Origin: Spirogloea muscicola
Taxonomy: Eukaryota
Length of the DNA: 64,000 bases
Direction of reading: 5' to 3'
Assembly: GCA_009602725.1 (NCBI GenBank)
Contig: WELB01000025.1
Span: forward strand, 11,614 to 75,613
The position numbers and the translations under genes are program-made. Positions 11,814 through 23,900 of this stretch are shown here, piece by piece. Within the stretch, counting starts at the first letter, position 1. The number at the start of each line of letters is the position of its first letter. The notes below the pieces were generated by a model, which saw nothing but the letters and a program-made list of their open reading frames with translations, did not search any database and was not told where the DNA came from.

Positions 11814-13380
11814 CCAGCAGCAGCCGCAGCACCAGCAGCATCAGCATTATCAGCAGCAGCAGGTGCAGCAGCAGCATCCAGGTGGCCCCTCAACTATGGT
11901 GCAGGACAGTGTGCCTAAGCCCGAGTTCTTGAGCCTGGAAGACATAGAGCGAGAGCAGGAGCAGCAGCAGGAGCGCCAGCAGCATCAGCAGCAGCGGGAC
12001 CAGCAACATCCACGTAGCTTCTCAGCTTTGGTTCAGAACAGTGTGCTCAAGCCCTCATTCTTGAGCCTGGAAGACGTTGAGCAGCCGTTGTTGGAAGAGG
12101 CCAGCAGGAAAGGTGGCAGCGAAGCAGCGGGGATGGGTGCGTGGGCATCAGCAGCCGCAGCCATGGCCTCGGCTCCCGTCGCTGTGAGCATGCAAGGCAG
12201 CGACTTTGCCTCCAAGCACCTGCTTTCGCTCCTGCAGGACGGTGCAAAGCACAGGCCCCCTGATGGCAACCACACCCCAGGCTTGGGTGGCGCATCTGCA
12301 TCTCCGCCTGGTGAGGCCATTGTGGTCGCAGCAGGCACTGGAGGGCTGGGTATCAATGCCCGAGGTCCACAGAGTCGTACTTCAAGCTCAACGCCAAGCT
12401 CACAATCCTCCTCCGCTGCCAGGAGCAGCGGAAAGCTCTTTGGGGATGCCATGAAGAGTGCCGGGATGATGACGAGCAGCAAGACCCTGCAGCAGGGAGC
12501 GCAGTCGCAGGTTGAGGATGCAGTTAGCAGTCTGACTGCAATTTCTCAGGCTGCAGTGCTGCACGACTTGGAGGCAGATGGGATGGATGAGCAGGTTCGA
12601 GGGGAAAGAGTCACCCCCTTCCATGTGGCCCCAGACGTGCTCGCCGCCAACCCCTACAACCCGGCTCAGCACGACGACCACCAGCTTCCCAGCCATTCGC
12701 AAGGCATTGCGAGCTTTGAAGCCAGCCTGGCTGCGCAGCACGGTGCACTCTTCACCCCCACCTCCCATCCACCGGCACCCACCTTTCCTTCTGCCCACTT
12801 TCAGCACGGCCACCAGCAGCAGCAGCAATCGTGGCCAGCTCACCAAGACGGAGCCACTTTTGGACCGCTGCTCCCCTTCCACGTGCCACAGGACGCCTTC
12901 CAGCATCTACCGCCAGGGCTTGAGGACAAGCCACTGGCACAGCACCACCTGTCCCTGGTGCCTCCGCAAGTCCACTTCCACCACCTCGTCCAGCAGCAGC
13001 AGCAGCAGCTGCAGCACCAGCATCCGCAGTTTCTCATGCCGCCGGTGCCGCTGGGCAGGCTGCCGCTGGGCAGCATGCCGCCAAATTTCCAGGGAGGTCC
13101 CAGCATGGCTCCTCATGGCTTCCATGAAGGCTTGGCACATCCGTTGCTCCGGCAGCAGCAGCCGAGCATGCTGTACATGTTACCCCACATCCCGCCGCAG
13201 GAGCTGCAGCGCCAGGACAGGGTGGAAGGTAAGCTAGGCGAGCAACAGTGGCTTCCAGGAAACGCAAACATAAGCATGTCCCAGCAGCTGGTCAACATGC
13301 GGCCGGGCCTCGGCGGTTTCTCGCAGCAGCCCCCACTGGTGCCCCTGGACGAGCCGGAGCGCAAGCTGCGGTATGGCTGA
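8610..13380 (+). CDS. CBE1-like (Conserved Binding of eIF4E 1 / At4g01290-like) protein; 5' end in gap
   Basis: Motifs ETFGNGVMTSEERAAMEKKRREEFEKMRK, RPVVPPGF, SSKFAQWF, PMPQGPSVEDIE, FLSLEDIE, ASKHLLSLLQ and terminal RKLRYG* resemble my recollection of plant CBE1. Large Q/H/P-rich last exon. The N-terminal eIF4E motif is not visible (gap). Confidence 0.65.
11779..11877 (+). repeat. Coding (CAG)n polyglutamine tract
   Basis: cagcagcagcag... encoding QQQQQQQQQQQDQQQPQHQQHQHYQQQQVQQQH. Confidence 0.9.
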
Positions 13381-14023
13381 CGAGTGGCCTGCTGGCCTTC
13401 CTTCTCCATCACTAGGAGCCATTGCAAAGTGGCCGCTTCTCTCTCTTGCTAGCTTTGTCATATGCCGGGCTTGGCCGCAGCAATTGCAATAGCAGGCCGG
13501 CTCCTGCCCTGTATCTGTATGGACAAGTGGCCTGCTGCCAGGCTTGGCTATACGTGTTGTAAATATGCATCCTGTCCAAAGCCTACCGCTTGACAACAGA
13601 CTGCTCGCCTCTGGGCCGCGTCTGCCTTTTGAGTGTTGCATTGCGGTCAGGTCCGGGTCACACATGGTTGCTGGTTGCTTGACTTAGAGTCAAGCAACGG
13701 TTCAGAGATGCAGCAGCATTGCCAGCTTGCCTTTGCAGCTGCCAAAGAATCTCTGGAGGTCTCAATCAATGAGCCAGCTGCCGACTCTAGCAACCAAAGA
13801 TTGGCTGCTCGACATGCAAAGCCAACAGGGCAGGTGAAGGTGGCGAGTCAGCCGGCTCAGTGCTGACCGCAGTCAGTGAGCTGCTCGGCTTCAGAGAGGC
13901 AGTCGACTCGCTTCCCATCGAAAGGCCGACGCTGCCGGCGGACCACGGACGCGCACGCGTAGCGAGCTGGACTTGGGCAGCTCCTCCCGGGCCTCGGTGG
14001 CCCGGCGGCAGCCCCGCGGGGCG

Positions 14024-14383
14024 TCAGCTGGCCTTGGCCTTGGCCTTGGCCCGCCTGGCGGCGAGGATGACGACGCCGACGTAGATGGCCACGAGGGAGA
14101 GGAGCGAGACGCCAGCGAGCGCAGGGATGGCGATGGCGTACTCCCGCGGCGGGAAGTAGGCCTGCAGCGGGTGGCCGGCCTCCAAGAATGGCTGCGGCAG
14201 GCAGGCAGGCGCGGCAAGGCCGGGGCGAGGTCAGCGGCAGCAGGGAAGGGGCGGGGGGGCGGGGAAGAAGCGGGGTGTGGGGAGGGGGCTGACGGTGAGG
14301 AGGGTCCAGGCGGAGTAGTAGGCGAAGAGGGCGCAGCTGGCGAGCAGGAGCGCCAGGCCCGCCGCGCGGTCGCTCAGCTGCAT
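14024..14383 (-). CDS. DPM2: Dolichol-phosphate mannose synthase regulatory subunit 2 (2 exons)
   Basis: MQLSDRAAGLALLLASCALFAYYSAWTLLT|PFLEAGHPLQAYFPPREYAIAIPALAGVSLLSLVAIYVGVVILAARRAKAKAKAS*; one GT-AG intron. Confidence 0.92.
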
Positions 14384-14643
14384 GGCCGCCCGTGCACCCG
14401 GCNCGGCCGGAGGACGCCACGCCGGCGCCATTGGCTCTCGGCAGCGCTGCGCCGCCGCCCGCGCGCCTCGCCCTCCACTGCCCGCGCCTCGGCCGGGAGG
14501 ACTGTCGGAGGCGGCGAGCGGCAGTGACAGCGGGGGTGGTGGCGGTGGTGGGGGGGGTGGTGATGCAAGCGACGAGGGCATGGCGGCTGCTGGGATCGAG
14601 GAAACAGTATAGCGCTTCCCATGTCAGAGTTGCTCCCCTACAG

Positions 14644-16830
14644 CGGGTAGGGGCTGGGAAAAAGAAAGAAGTGGCTCTCCCAGTGGGGGCAAGGGCTGTG
14701 ACAAGCCAGCCCGAAAAGAATCGACAAAGGTTCGAAGGGGGGGGGGGGGGAAAAGAAGGGGCTAAAAACGACGGAGGGGCCTAAAGGCGCCTATGTCAGA
14801 ACTGGTGTAGGATGGACCACGCAGCTACGAGAGAGGAGCCTCAGATCCGACAGACTAGCTGCCGTAAAACTATCCCCCTGACAAAAGTCAGAGGCCGCAG
14901 CGAGAGCACGGCCAGCACGCAGATGCAAGGCGTGGGCCATGGACCGCTGGAGGGAGATCGACAAAGCATGCGATAGACCTGGGCCCACGAGCCAGCGGCG
15001 TTGAAGCCAGCCGGCTCACCTCGCCTGCGGGAGACCTCGCAGAGCAAGCGCGCCCAGATTAACTGGTGGCTGGGAGAGGCCAGCCCAAAAGAATGGACAA
15101 GGTCCAAAGATCCAAAGGGTGCCGAAAAACCACACAGCTGGACACTACACGACCGCAACTGAAAGCTCAGTACCCACGAGTGAGCAGCAGCAAGTCTGAG
15201 TAACTCGCAGCTGGGAAAGAGGCAGTCCGGCGAGACCCAGAGGCAGCCGCCATAGCGCGGCCTGCTCGCGAGTGGACTGCGTGAGCCAGGGAGCGCTGGA
15301 GAGAGATGGAGAGCCGCATGCTGAAGACCTGCGTGAGCGAGCCGGCAGCATTGAAGCCAGGCAGCGCCCCTGGCTGACCGGACCGCCGATCGATGGCCTG
15401 CCAGGCAAGTCGCTGCAGGAGGTCCAGCCAGCGACTGCCGTAGGCCCCGTGTACAGTGAGGCACATGGTGAGGCACTTTGAGAGGCCAGCCCACAGAAAC
15501 AGTGCTTCCAAAGAAAGGCAATGGCTGTGGGATTGCCAGCCCAAATGGACAAAAGAAAGGGGAGAAAGACTCTTCCAGTAGAGGGCGATGGCTGTGATTG
15601 GCCAGCCCAGCTTAGCAGCAAGTGATGTACATCTGTCACTGTTCTTGCCTCTGTACTTGGCCACCAAGGCCCTCCATACAGACTCTTCTCTGCGCTCGCC
15701 GCAGGCTGGGCCATCAGGGCGGGGGCCGTGCCAGCGACGGGGAACAGCAGCTCTTCCCACGCGAGGCCGCGGCTGCGAGAGGCCAGCCAAGGCAGTGGAG
15801 TGTGTGTTGTGTGATGGAGGGCGTGTGTGGCCAGTACAAAGTAAGTGCTCGCCCATAGAGAAGAGGGGCTGGCAAAGCCAGCCCAAAAAAGAATGGACAA
15901 TGTCCAAAGCCAAAGAAAGAGGAGCCGGAAAAAGGAATGCACTACAAAATACTGCAAAGAAGAAGTGGCTCTCCCAATGGGGGCAAGGGCTGTGAGAAGC
16001 CAGCCCGAAAAAAATCGACAAGGTTCGAAGGGGCCAAACTACGAGCTAAGCAGCGACTGCGGGGCCTGAAGAGGCTATGGCAGAACGGGGGAGGATGGAC
16101 CACTTAGTAGTTACGAGTGAGGAGCCTCACATCCGACAGACTAGCTGCCGGTAAACTATCCCCCTGACGAAAGCCGGAGGCCGCAGCGAGAGCACGGCCA
16201 GCACGCAGATGCAAGGCGTGGGCCATGGACCGCTGGAGGGAGACGGACAAGCGCATACGATACACCTGAGCCGACGAGCCAGCGGCGTTGAAGTCAGCCG
16301 GCTCACCGCGCCTGCGGGACACAGCGCGCCGTGCAAGCCTGGCCAACAGGTCGAGCCAGTGGGATCCGAGAGCCCCATGCACGTCCACAGCCAGGGGGAC
16401 GAACTCGCAGCCGGGTGGTCGGCGTGTTTGGCCGCCTTGCTGCGAGCGGCCTTTGCCGCAGCGTGGCCAGCCCGCGAGGCAGAAAGCCCCGGGTTGGAGC
16501 GGTCGACCACATCAGTGGTGACCACATCGGCAATGATGCGCCCGCCACCGCCCGTCGTGGACGCCACCAGGTCGACGCGGCGCGTGTGGAGTCCGTCGGC
16601 CCTCTGGAGGATGGGCATGACTGCAAAACACAAAGACGATGCAGAGGGAGCTCAGTACCCACTAGTGAGCACAAAGGGCAAGCACATTGACAAACGTACA
16701 TCACCTGCTGCAACGCCGCCCCGCCCAGCGGCCACGACTCCCAGCACGTAGAGGTCGAGAAGCGACGCCCGGGTACCGGGCGGCAATCGACCAGCTCTCG
16801 GGCCACCAGCTCGCCAAAGCAAGCGCCAAG
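14644..16830 (-). mobile_element. Array of nested CRE-like non-LTR retrotransposon 3' fragments in the DPM2/ARPC1 divergent promoter
   Basis: At least four ORF tails (..YRMLCRSPS.. near 14830-15030, ..RLSISLQRSLAHAVHSRAGRA..LLTRGY* at 15167, ..LLTRNY* at 16104, ..ASLLDLYVL.. near 16740), each followed by related 3'UTR modules. Confidence 0.85.
15959..16619 (-). mobile_element. 5'-truncated CRE-like element carrying a restriction-like endonuclease (RLE) domain; 8-bp TSD
   Basis: RRVDLVASTTGGGGRIIADVVTTD...AARSKAAKHADHP/(frameshift)EFVPLAVDVHGALGSHWLDLLARLARR...RMRLSVSLQRSMA follows the RLE pattern R-x-D...D...K..K(Y)...FVP.A.D..G.LG. Ends GAGCCACTTCTTC. TSD actgcaaa at 15951-15958 and 16620-16627. 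Confidence 0.85.
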
Positions 16831-16888
16831 CGAGCGAGGACCAAGAGGAGGAGGGGGCGGCAGGGCCAAGGCTCCGCCGCGGGCGCGC

Positions 16889-19800
16889 ATGGCGCGCCCC
16901 GCCGCCGCCGCCGCTGCAACCGCCGCGGCGCTGGCGCCCTGCGTCTCCTGCCACGCCTGGAACGCCGCCTGCTCCGGCAAGCCCTCGTCGTCGCGCCCCG
17001 CGCCCGCCCGGCCCCCCCCATGGCCCCGGCCCTGACCCGCCCCCTGCCTCGGCCCCTGGTTCAGCGCTGGCGCTCTGCCCCAGCTCGCCGGACGTGCACG
17101 TCTACGCGGCGCCCGCCGCCGGCGCGCCCTGGCGCCTCCTCCACACCCTGCGCAAGGCACCGCACCTCGCCGACCACCCGCCGCAGCCTCTCGGCCGCCT
17201 GCTGATCGGGCCGACCGGCCCGCGCCCGCGGCCGCGCCCCGTGACGAGCTCCTGCCTGCCTCCGACAGCACGACCAGGCCGTGTCGTCGCTGGACTGGGG
17301 CCCCGCCACCGACCGCATCCTCACCTGCTCTCACGACCGCAACGCGTACGCGCTCCTTGTGCTCCCCGTGCTTGTGCCGCAGCCGTGCTGCAGCCTGGCT
17401 TGTCCCGTCAGCAGCGAGCTGCCAGGAGCCGCATGCCCACGCCAAGCTGAAGCCCTGGGAAAGGCGCACTCTGTGGCCCTCGTCTTCCACGCGACGGGGA
17501 CGCGCCTTCAGATACGTGTGGAGCGAGCGAGGTGGCACGTGGGAGGCAGCAATCGTGCTCCTTCGCATCGACCGAGCTGCTACGGACTGCGCTTGGAGCC
17601 CTCGAGGTGAGCAGCGCTGGGCAAGTCACATCACAACCAGCATCGCAACATCAGCAGTACCTGATCCTCGGCAGGTCGTAATTGTACACTCCTTCACTCA
17701 AGTGCAGCAACACGTGCTTGCGTGCTGGATGCTGCTGCACGAGCTCTGACCGAGCTCTCTTCTGCTTGAGCAGAGAACAAGTTCGCGGTAGCCAGCGGAG
17801 CCAAATGTGTGTGCATCTGCTACTACGACAAAGACAATGATTGGTACAGCCGTGGACTTGCCAGTCTCACGACTGATTTCTCTTCTCTTCTGCTCGTGAA
17901 GAGAGCAAGCAAGCATGCAATTCCATCTTTATAGGCCTGTGAGCCTTTCAAGTGCTCATTGTCCTGCTGATCTGTGCCCTGTACTGCATCTCAGGTGGGC
18001 AAGTAAGCAGATCAGAAAGAAACACAACTCCACAGTCACAGGAGTCGCATGGCACCCCAACACTGTAGGCTCTGCAACCTGACACCTTCCTATTCGGTGA
18101 CTGCTAGCCTGAATTCATGAAAGCTAGCTCGCAGATGGGCACGCCCGTTGCAGAGGCATCGATGAAGTTTGTACAATTGCGTGCTCGTTCATCGAAGCTG
18201 TAGTGTTATTGACACCAGTTTGCCAATGCAGTTTTACACTAGCTATTGACCAGGTGCCTTTGTCTTGTGCTTGACAACAACCATGCAAGCATGGTCGCTG
18301 ATGCCGCTTCCTGTGACATTTGGCGTTGTGCTCCTTATGAGGTTGTCAGGAAGTTGTTGCGACTACCTCCACAGATGGCAGGTGCCGCATCTTCTGTGCA
18401 AGCATACGCAGCGTCGATGAAAGGTACAGTGCTTCTCACCTGGCTACTGTCTTGCTCCTGGAGGCTAGGATGGTCAGTGTGTGTGCAATATCTGATTCAT
18501 CAGACGGATGCAAATCATAGCAATCATCACAGCACTCTTCGCTTCTGTGCGGACAGCGTGCAGATAAGTGAGTCAACCAAGGACAGTAGCTTTGGAGAGG
18601 TATGCATCAAGCCTGCTGCTACACAATACTTCAGGTCTCTGGGAGATAACCTTGCTATTGCACGAGCAGGTCGTGTTCTCACGTGATGCGGGGGCCTCTT
18701 AGCAGTTGCGCCGTTGCTGAGCAACAACACTAGCAGAAAGCGTTAGGAAGCTTTTGAAAGTCGTCTTAGGAAGAGCCAGTCTTGCTTGTGCAGATGCTTT
18801 TGGAGGTCGATGGAGCTTGTGGGTGGACCTTTGGTGTCAGTTGGTCCCCAAGCGGCAGCCAGTTGGCCTATGCTGGTCAGTGGTATGCGGTCTCCCGAAG
18901 TGGCACGCAGTTGCGTGCATCGTGCTCGGTCAAGCGACGGTGACATGGCGTGCAACTGAGGCCGTTGTTTCAGCGGGCCTTTGGTCTGAGCAGGGCAGGA
19001 CAGCAGCATCAACTTTGTGAGTGGCATAGGTCCCTCTGCAGTCACTCAGCGACTCTCATTGAGGGGGCTGCCACTACTGAAGGTGAACGTGTACCTATAC
19101 AACGCCTTTCTGGTGCGGACATTTTAGCAATCAACAGCAATCAAGTCGACTAGAGTGCTTGCAACAAAAGTTCTGTGCCTCTGATGAGATACAGTGTTGC
19201 ACTGGCCTGTCAAACAGGTAATATACCTGTCAGAAACTGCAGCAGTAGGTGTGGGGCATGATTGCTGCCCGCTTCTCTTCTTAGCAGACGACACAGGCTC
19301 CTGGTTAGTGAGCATGCTTCACTCGCTGAGCCGTGCTTTGAGCTTGCCTGACGAATGCCCGGGCCACCAAGCTTTGCCGAACCGCAGTGTCTCCTGTGGT
19401 TCTCATGCTCAGAGTCTGCATCGATGTACTGGGTAGGACTTTTGCTGGCTCAATAGACGAGGCAACCAAGCCCACGGCTTCATCAAGGGAAACCTCGAGA
19501 CACGAGGTAGCATTGCCTCAACTCAAGCAGTCGTTAGGCGCATACTTGTCGCATTTATTCCGAGAGGTCATGCCTGCTCCCAAGGTCATGTTACCTTGTG
19601 GAAGTCGAGCAGCACGGCACAACCCCAATGGATGGCACGTTTGTACTGCTCAACTAGTGCTACTGTTAGAAGTATTGAGATTATGTCGGGCAAATGACGC
19701 TCTTGGTGCTTTGTCAGTATGAAGCATCTCAAGGAGCGTCTGTCAAGATGGCTACCAATGAGCCGACACAGCACAGCAAGTGCATTACGTATGCCTTTTG

Positions 19801-20276
19801 CTCTCCCTGTTGTGTGATGAGGTATCTCAAGCGAATAGGCATTCGGCGCTTTTGTTGCTAGGCAACAGAGCAGGACTTGTCTGCTGTGCAGTGCTCATAG
19901 TCCACGATGTAGCTGTGAAATCTGAGGTATGCTGTGAATGCTGCAGGCACATATGCGGCTTGCATGATGTCAAGCGAGAGGCAGTCTCAAGCAACCGCTT
20001 CTCAACCTCCGGTTGGCTCCTCATACACCAGTCGCTGTCCTTGGGTGACCGCTGCCTGTGTGATGCTGCCTGCGGTGCATCAGAGAAGCAGCGTGGTCAT
20101 GTTTGGCGGTGTGGCAGTGCGCTACCTCGGATGATTGTGGGCTTGGTTGAAGCGGTGGACACAAATGACTGCGGGAGAGATGGCTCGTGAACCCTGCAGG
20201 CCTGGACGGCAGAGTGGTGATATGGGATGTCGCAATCCCAGTGCTGACCGCAACCCTTGCCACCCTCAAGACGTAG
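16889..20276 (+). CDS. ARPC1: Actin-related protein 2/3 complex subunit 1 (WD40), multi-exon
   Basis: [125 protein letters not shown]...*. Confidence 0.93.
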
Positions 20277-20423
20277 GGCTTGGCTCAGCGTTCGGAGTCA
20301 CAGCTTCTGCTAGCATGTGCGGTACTGCGCGAAGTAGCTTTGATCCAGCCAGCATTGCCTCCAGAGCCACGGGTAGGTGCACCTAGCAACCTGGAGGGCA
20401 GGATGGCACCCTGTTGGACCGGA

Positions 20424-20465
20424 GCCTGGCTTTGCGTCAAGGGGACTGCTTTCCGGCGGCTGGTG
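20424..20465 (+). mobile_element. Short CRE-like ORF tail fragment
   Basis: gcctggctttgcgtcaaggggactgctttccggcggc resembles gcctctggctttcgtcaggggattgttttccggcagc (60169-60205). Confidence 0.5.
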
Positions 20466-20908
20466 GTTCGGGCCCGCGGCTGGTGAGGAGCGGAGGTTGC
20501 GAAGCGAGGAGGCCGGCCCGCGGCGGCAGGGCGGAGGGCGGAGGGGGCTCGGGAGCGGGGGGGCGCCGGCGGGCGAGGCGGCGGCCGGNNNNNNNNNNNN
20601 NNNNNNNNNNNNNNNNNNNNNNNNNNNNNNNNNNNNNNNNNNNNNNNNNNNNNNNNNNNNNNNNNNNNNNNNNNNNNNNNNNNNNNNNNNNNNNNNNNNN
20701 NNNNNNNNNNNNNNNNNNNNNNNNNNNNNNNNNNNNNNNNNNNNNNNNNNNNNNNNNNNNNNNNNNNNNNNNNNNNNNNNNNNNNNNNNNNNNNNNNNNN
20801 NNNNNNNNNNNNNNNNNNNNNNNNNNNNNNNNNNNNNNNNNNNNNNNNNNNNNNNNNNNNNNNNNNNNNNNNNNNNNNNNNNNNNNNNNNNNNNNNNNNN
20901 NNNNNNNN

Positions 20909-23900
20909 GCGAGTCGGACTCGTCGGACGAGAGCGAGACGGCGCGCCTGCGCGGCAGCGTGTCGTACGACCAGCTGCCCGAGGCGGGCGCCGCATTGGGG
21001 CGCCTGGCGCCGCACCCGGAGGGCGGCGCCGCCGCCTCGCCGCCGGACGACAACCCCGCCAACCGCCTCATCACCCGCTTCCTGCAGCAGCAGCGCGAGC
21101 GCGGCGAGCGCCACCTGGACGACGGCACCGTCGCCGACCTCTACCAGCTCCCCGACCTGGGGCCCCCCGCCCGCCCCAAGCCCCACCCCCGCGCAGCTGC
21201 GCCGCCGCCGCCAGGGCCGCAGCAGCACTCGCGCGCCCTCGGCAGCAGCGGCGCCGTGGGCGAGTCACCCAGGTGAGATCACCTCGGTCCCGCGCTGCCC
21301 GAGCTCCTCCTCCTCTCTCGCCTCCTTCGCTCGGCAGCTGCCGGTATCGGCGGCGGCGTGGTGGGGCCCTGTTGAGGCCCTCTGCGGCGCCACGCCACAG
21401 CCTCTGCCAGCCGCACGCTGGGCGACCGCGCCCTCTCTCTGACGGAGCGCTGACTTGCAGGGAGCACCGCATCCATGTGCGCCGGGGCAGCGAGCAGCAG
21501 CCAGGCAGCCCGGCGCCGGCCGGCGAGAAGAAGAGGGAGAAGAAGAGCCCCTGGGACGGGCTCGTCGCGGGGCTGCGCAAGCGCCGCAAGCCCGGGAACG
21601 AGACGGAGGAGGAGGGGGAGGTGCCGCTGGCCGCTGCGTCCACGGGCTGGGCCAAGGCAAGGCAGGCGCACCTCACGCGCCTGGGCACCACCAATGCACG
21701 CTCGCGCATGGACGACCCCCACCCCTTCGAGCTCAAGCGGTCCGGCCAGCTGCAGCGCCTCGCCTCGGAGCGGGAGCGCGGCAGCCGCTCCATGCGCGCT
21801 GCCAGCGGCGCCGTCGGCGGCAGCGTCCGGTCGTCCCCCAAGGGCAAAGAGGCCGGGCGCAGGTCTGGCCAGCTGGACAAGACGGTCGAGGAGGACGATG
21901 GCGACAACGAGACGCTTGCCGAGAGCGAGGACTTGCCAGCGGGATTCGGGCGGCTGCAGCCGGACGGGTGGACGTTCTGGGTGGTGGTGCAGTGGATCAT
22001 CCTGTTGATGCTCATCGCCGCATTCGTGGTCACGCTCGTCTTCCCGAGCATCCGCGAGGACCAGTGGCTGACCATCCCGCCGTGGAAGTGGTTCATCCTC
22101 GGCCTCGTCATCTTCTGCGGTCGCCTTATCTCCGGCTGGGTCATGCAGATCGCCGTGTGGATCATCGAGCGCAACTACCTCATGCGCAAGCGCGTGCTCT
22201 ACTTTGTCTACGGTCTGCGCTCGAGCGTGCAGAACACTGTGTGGCTCGGCTTCGTCCTGCTGGCCTGGCACCTCATCCTTGACCCTAGGGCTGAGCGCAC
22301 CAATGCGGAGAAGGATGCGCTCAACGTCATCTCCAAGGTCTGGCATGTCGCACCAAGAGGAGCCCCTATGCCCCCTCTTCCCCCTTCACCACCCCCCCCA
22401 ATGGCCTCTTGCTGAAGGGCCATTGCACAGGCCCCCCTGTCACCTGGCTTTACCAAGCGCCAGTGACTCTTTAGAACACCACCTCGTGCAGCGCTGATCC
22501 GCTCCGTGTCGCACGCACAGGTGTTGGACTGCCTCTTCATTGCTGCATCAATCATCCTCATCAAGACCCTCGCTGTGAAAGTCATGGCCAGCCGCTTCCA
22601 CGTCTGCAATTTCTTCGAGCGCATTCAAGAGGGCCTCTTTGCACAGCATGTCCTTGAGGCCCTGTCTGGGCCTCCAATCTACGAGGATGAGGACCAGCCC
22701 ATGTTTGAGTACGAGGACTTCCCATTCGGTCAAGGTAGCCTCAAAACTGCTCCCTGTGAAAGGCCTCCTCTGGGACAGACTTGGGCAGGTCAGATATCCT
22801 AGTGCATCACTCGTCATGATTGTCTCCTGTCCAAGTGTCTTCTTTGCAGAATTGGAAAAGGATCACGATCGACAAAAGGATATTTTTTGTCAGGGTGCAG
22901 AACCCCGACAGAGATGCATGGTACCTGCTGCTGTGCACACAGCAGGGCTCTCATTGTTGTCAATACTCAACCTTTTGTAGGGGAAGCTCCAAAAAGGGCG
23001 ACAGATGAGGGACGGCTTGTCAGTGGAGGCTTGCTGGGAGCCTCCAGGGGAGCTGCAGGCGCAAGCGAGAGGCGCAGCGGCTTGCTGGTGGATGGCAAGA
23101 TGCGGGGTCGCGAAATCCCTATGAAGAAGGTGCAGCGCATGCGGCCGGACAATGTGAGCGCCTTCAATATGCGCCGCATGATGCGCTGGGTGCACACACA
23201 AGGAGTGACGGTGTCCACAGCTGCAGCTGGCGGCACACTGCCTACTACGCTGGACACGGCGGTGGCCGCTGCACAGGAGGACGATGACACCAAGGACTCT
23301 AGCATTCGCTCCGAGTTGGAAGCCAAAAGTGCAGCAAGGACAATCTTTGCCAATGTGGCCAAGCCTGGTGCCAGGTGCACAAAGAGGCACAGCCGCATCT
23401 CATGAAGCCGAAACAATCCTACTTGTACTAAATGTTTCTGAAATGCCTATGACTCAGTGCTACAATGAAACTTCACTGTGGTTGGCTGCAGCTCGTGCAG
23501 ATGTGGTCATGCAAGTGGGGGCTCTTTTGCTGCACCTTGACAGCACTGACCATGTCTGTCTGATGTGCTCAATGGCACTGCAGGAACATCACCGAGGATG
23601 ACTTTGCTCGCTTTCTGGATGGTGAGGAGCTTGTTCGAGCGTGGTCCCTTTTTGAAGGAGCCATGGATACTGGGGCCATCACGAGGAAGACCCTCAAGAA
23701 ATGGGTGGTAATGCATCTCTGCTGCTTTCACCAGCAACATCGAGAAGTGCTTTGATTACAAGATGCTAGTCACCCCTAACAATTGGGCAGATGTGCTTGG
23801 AGCGAGCTATTTCTTATAAATTGGTTGAAGCACATTGCAATTGCATTGCAATCATGACAATTCCCCACTACTTGTCCCACAGGTGGGAGTTTACCGAGAG

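Noticed and set aside
21071..22346. Long antisense ORFs over MSL, the TPR gene and other GC-rich exons
   Set aside because: Shadow ORFs caused by high GC and codon bias on the opposite coding strand.
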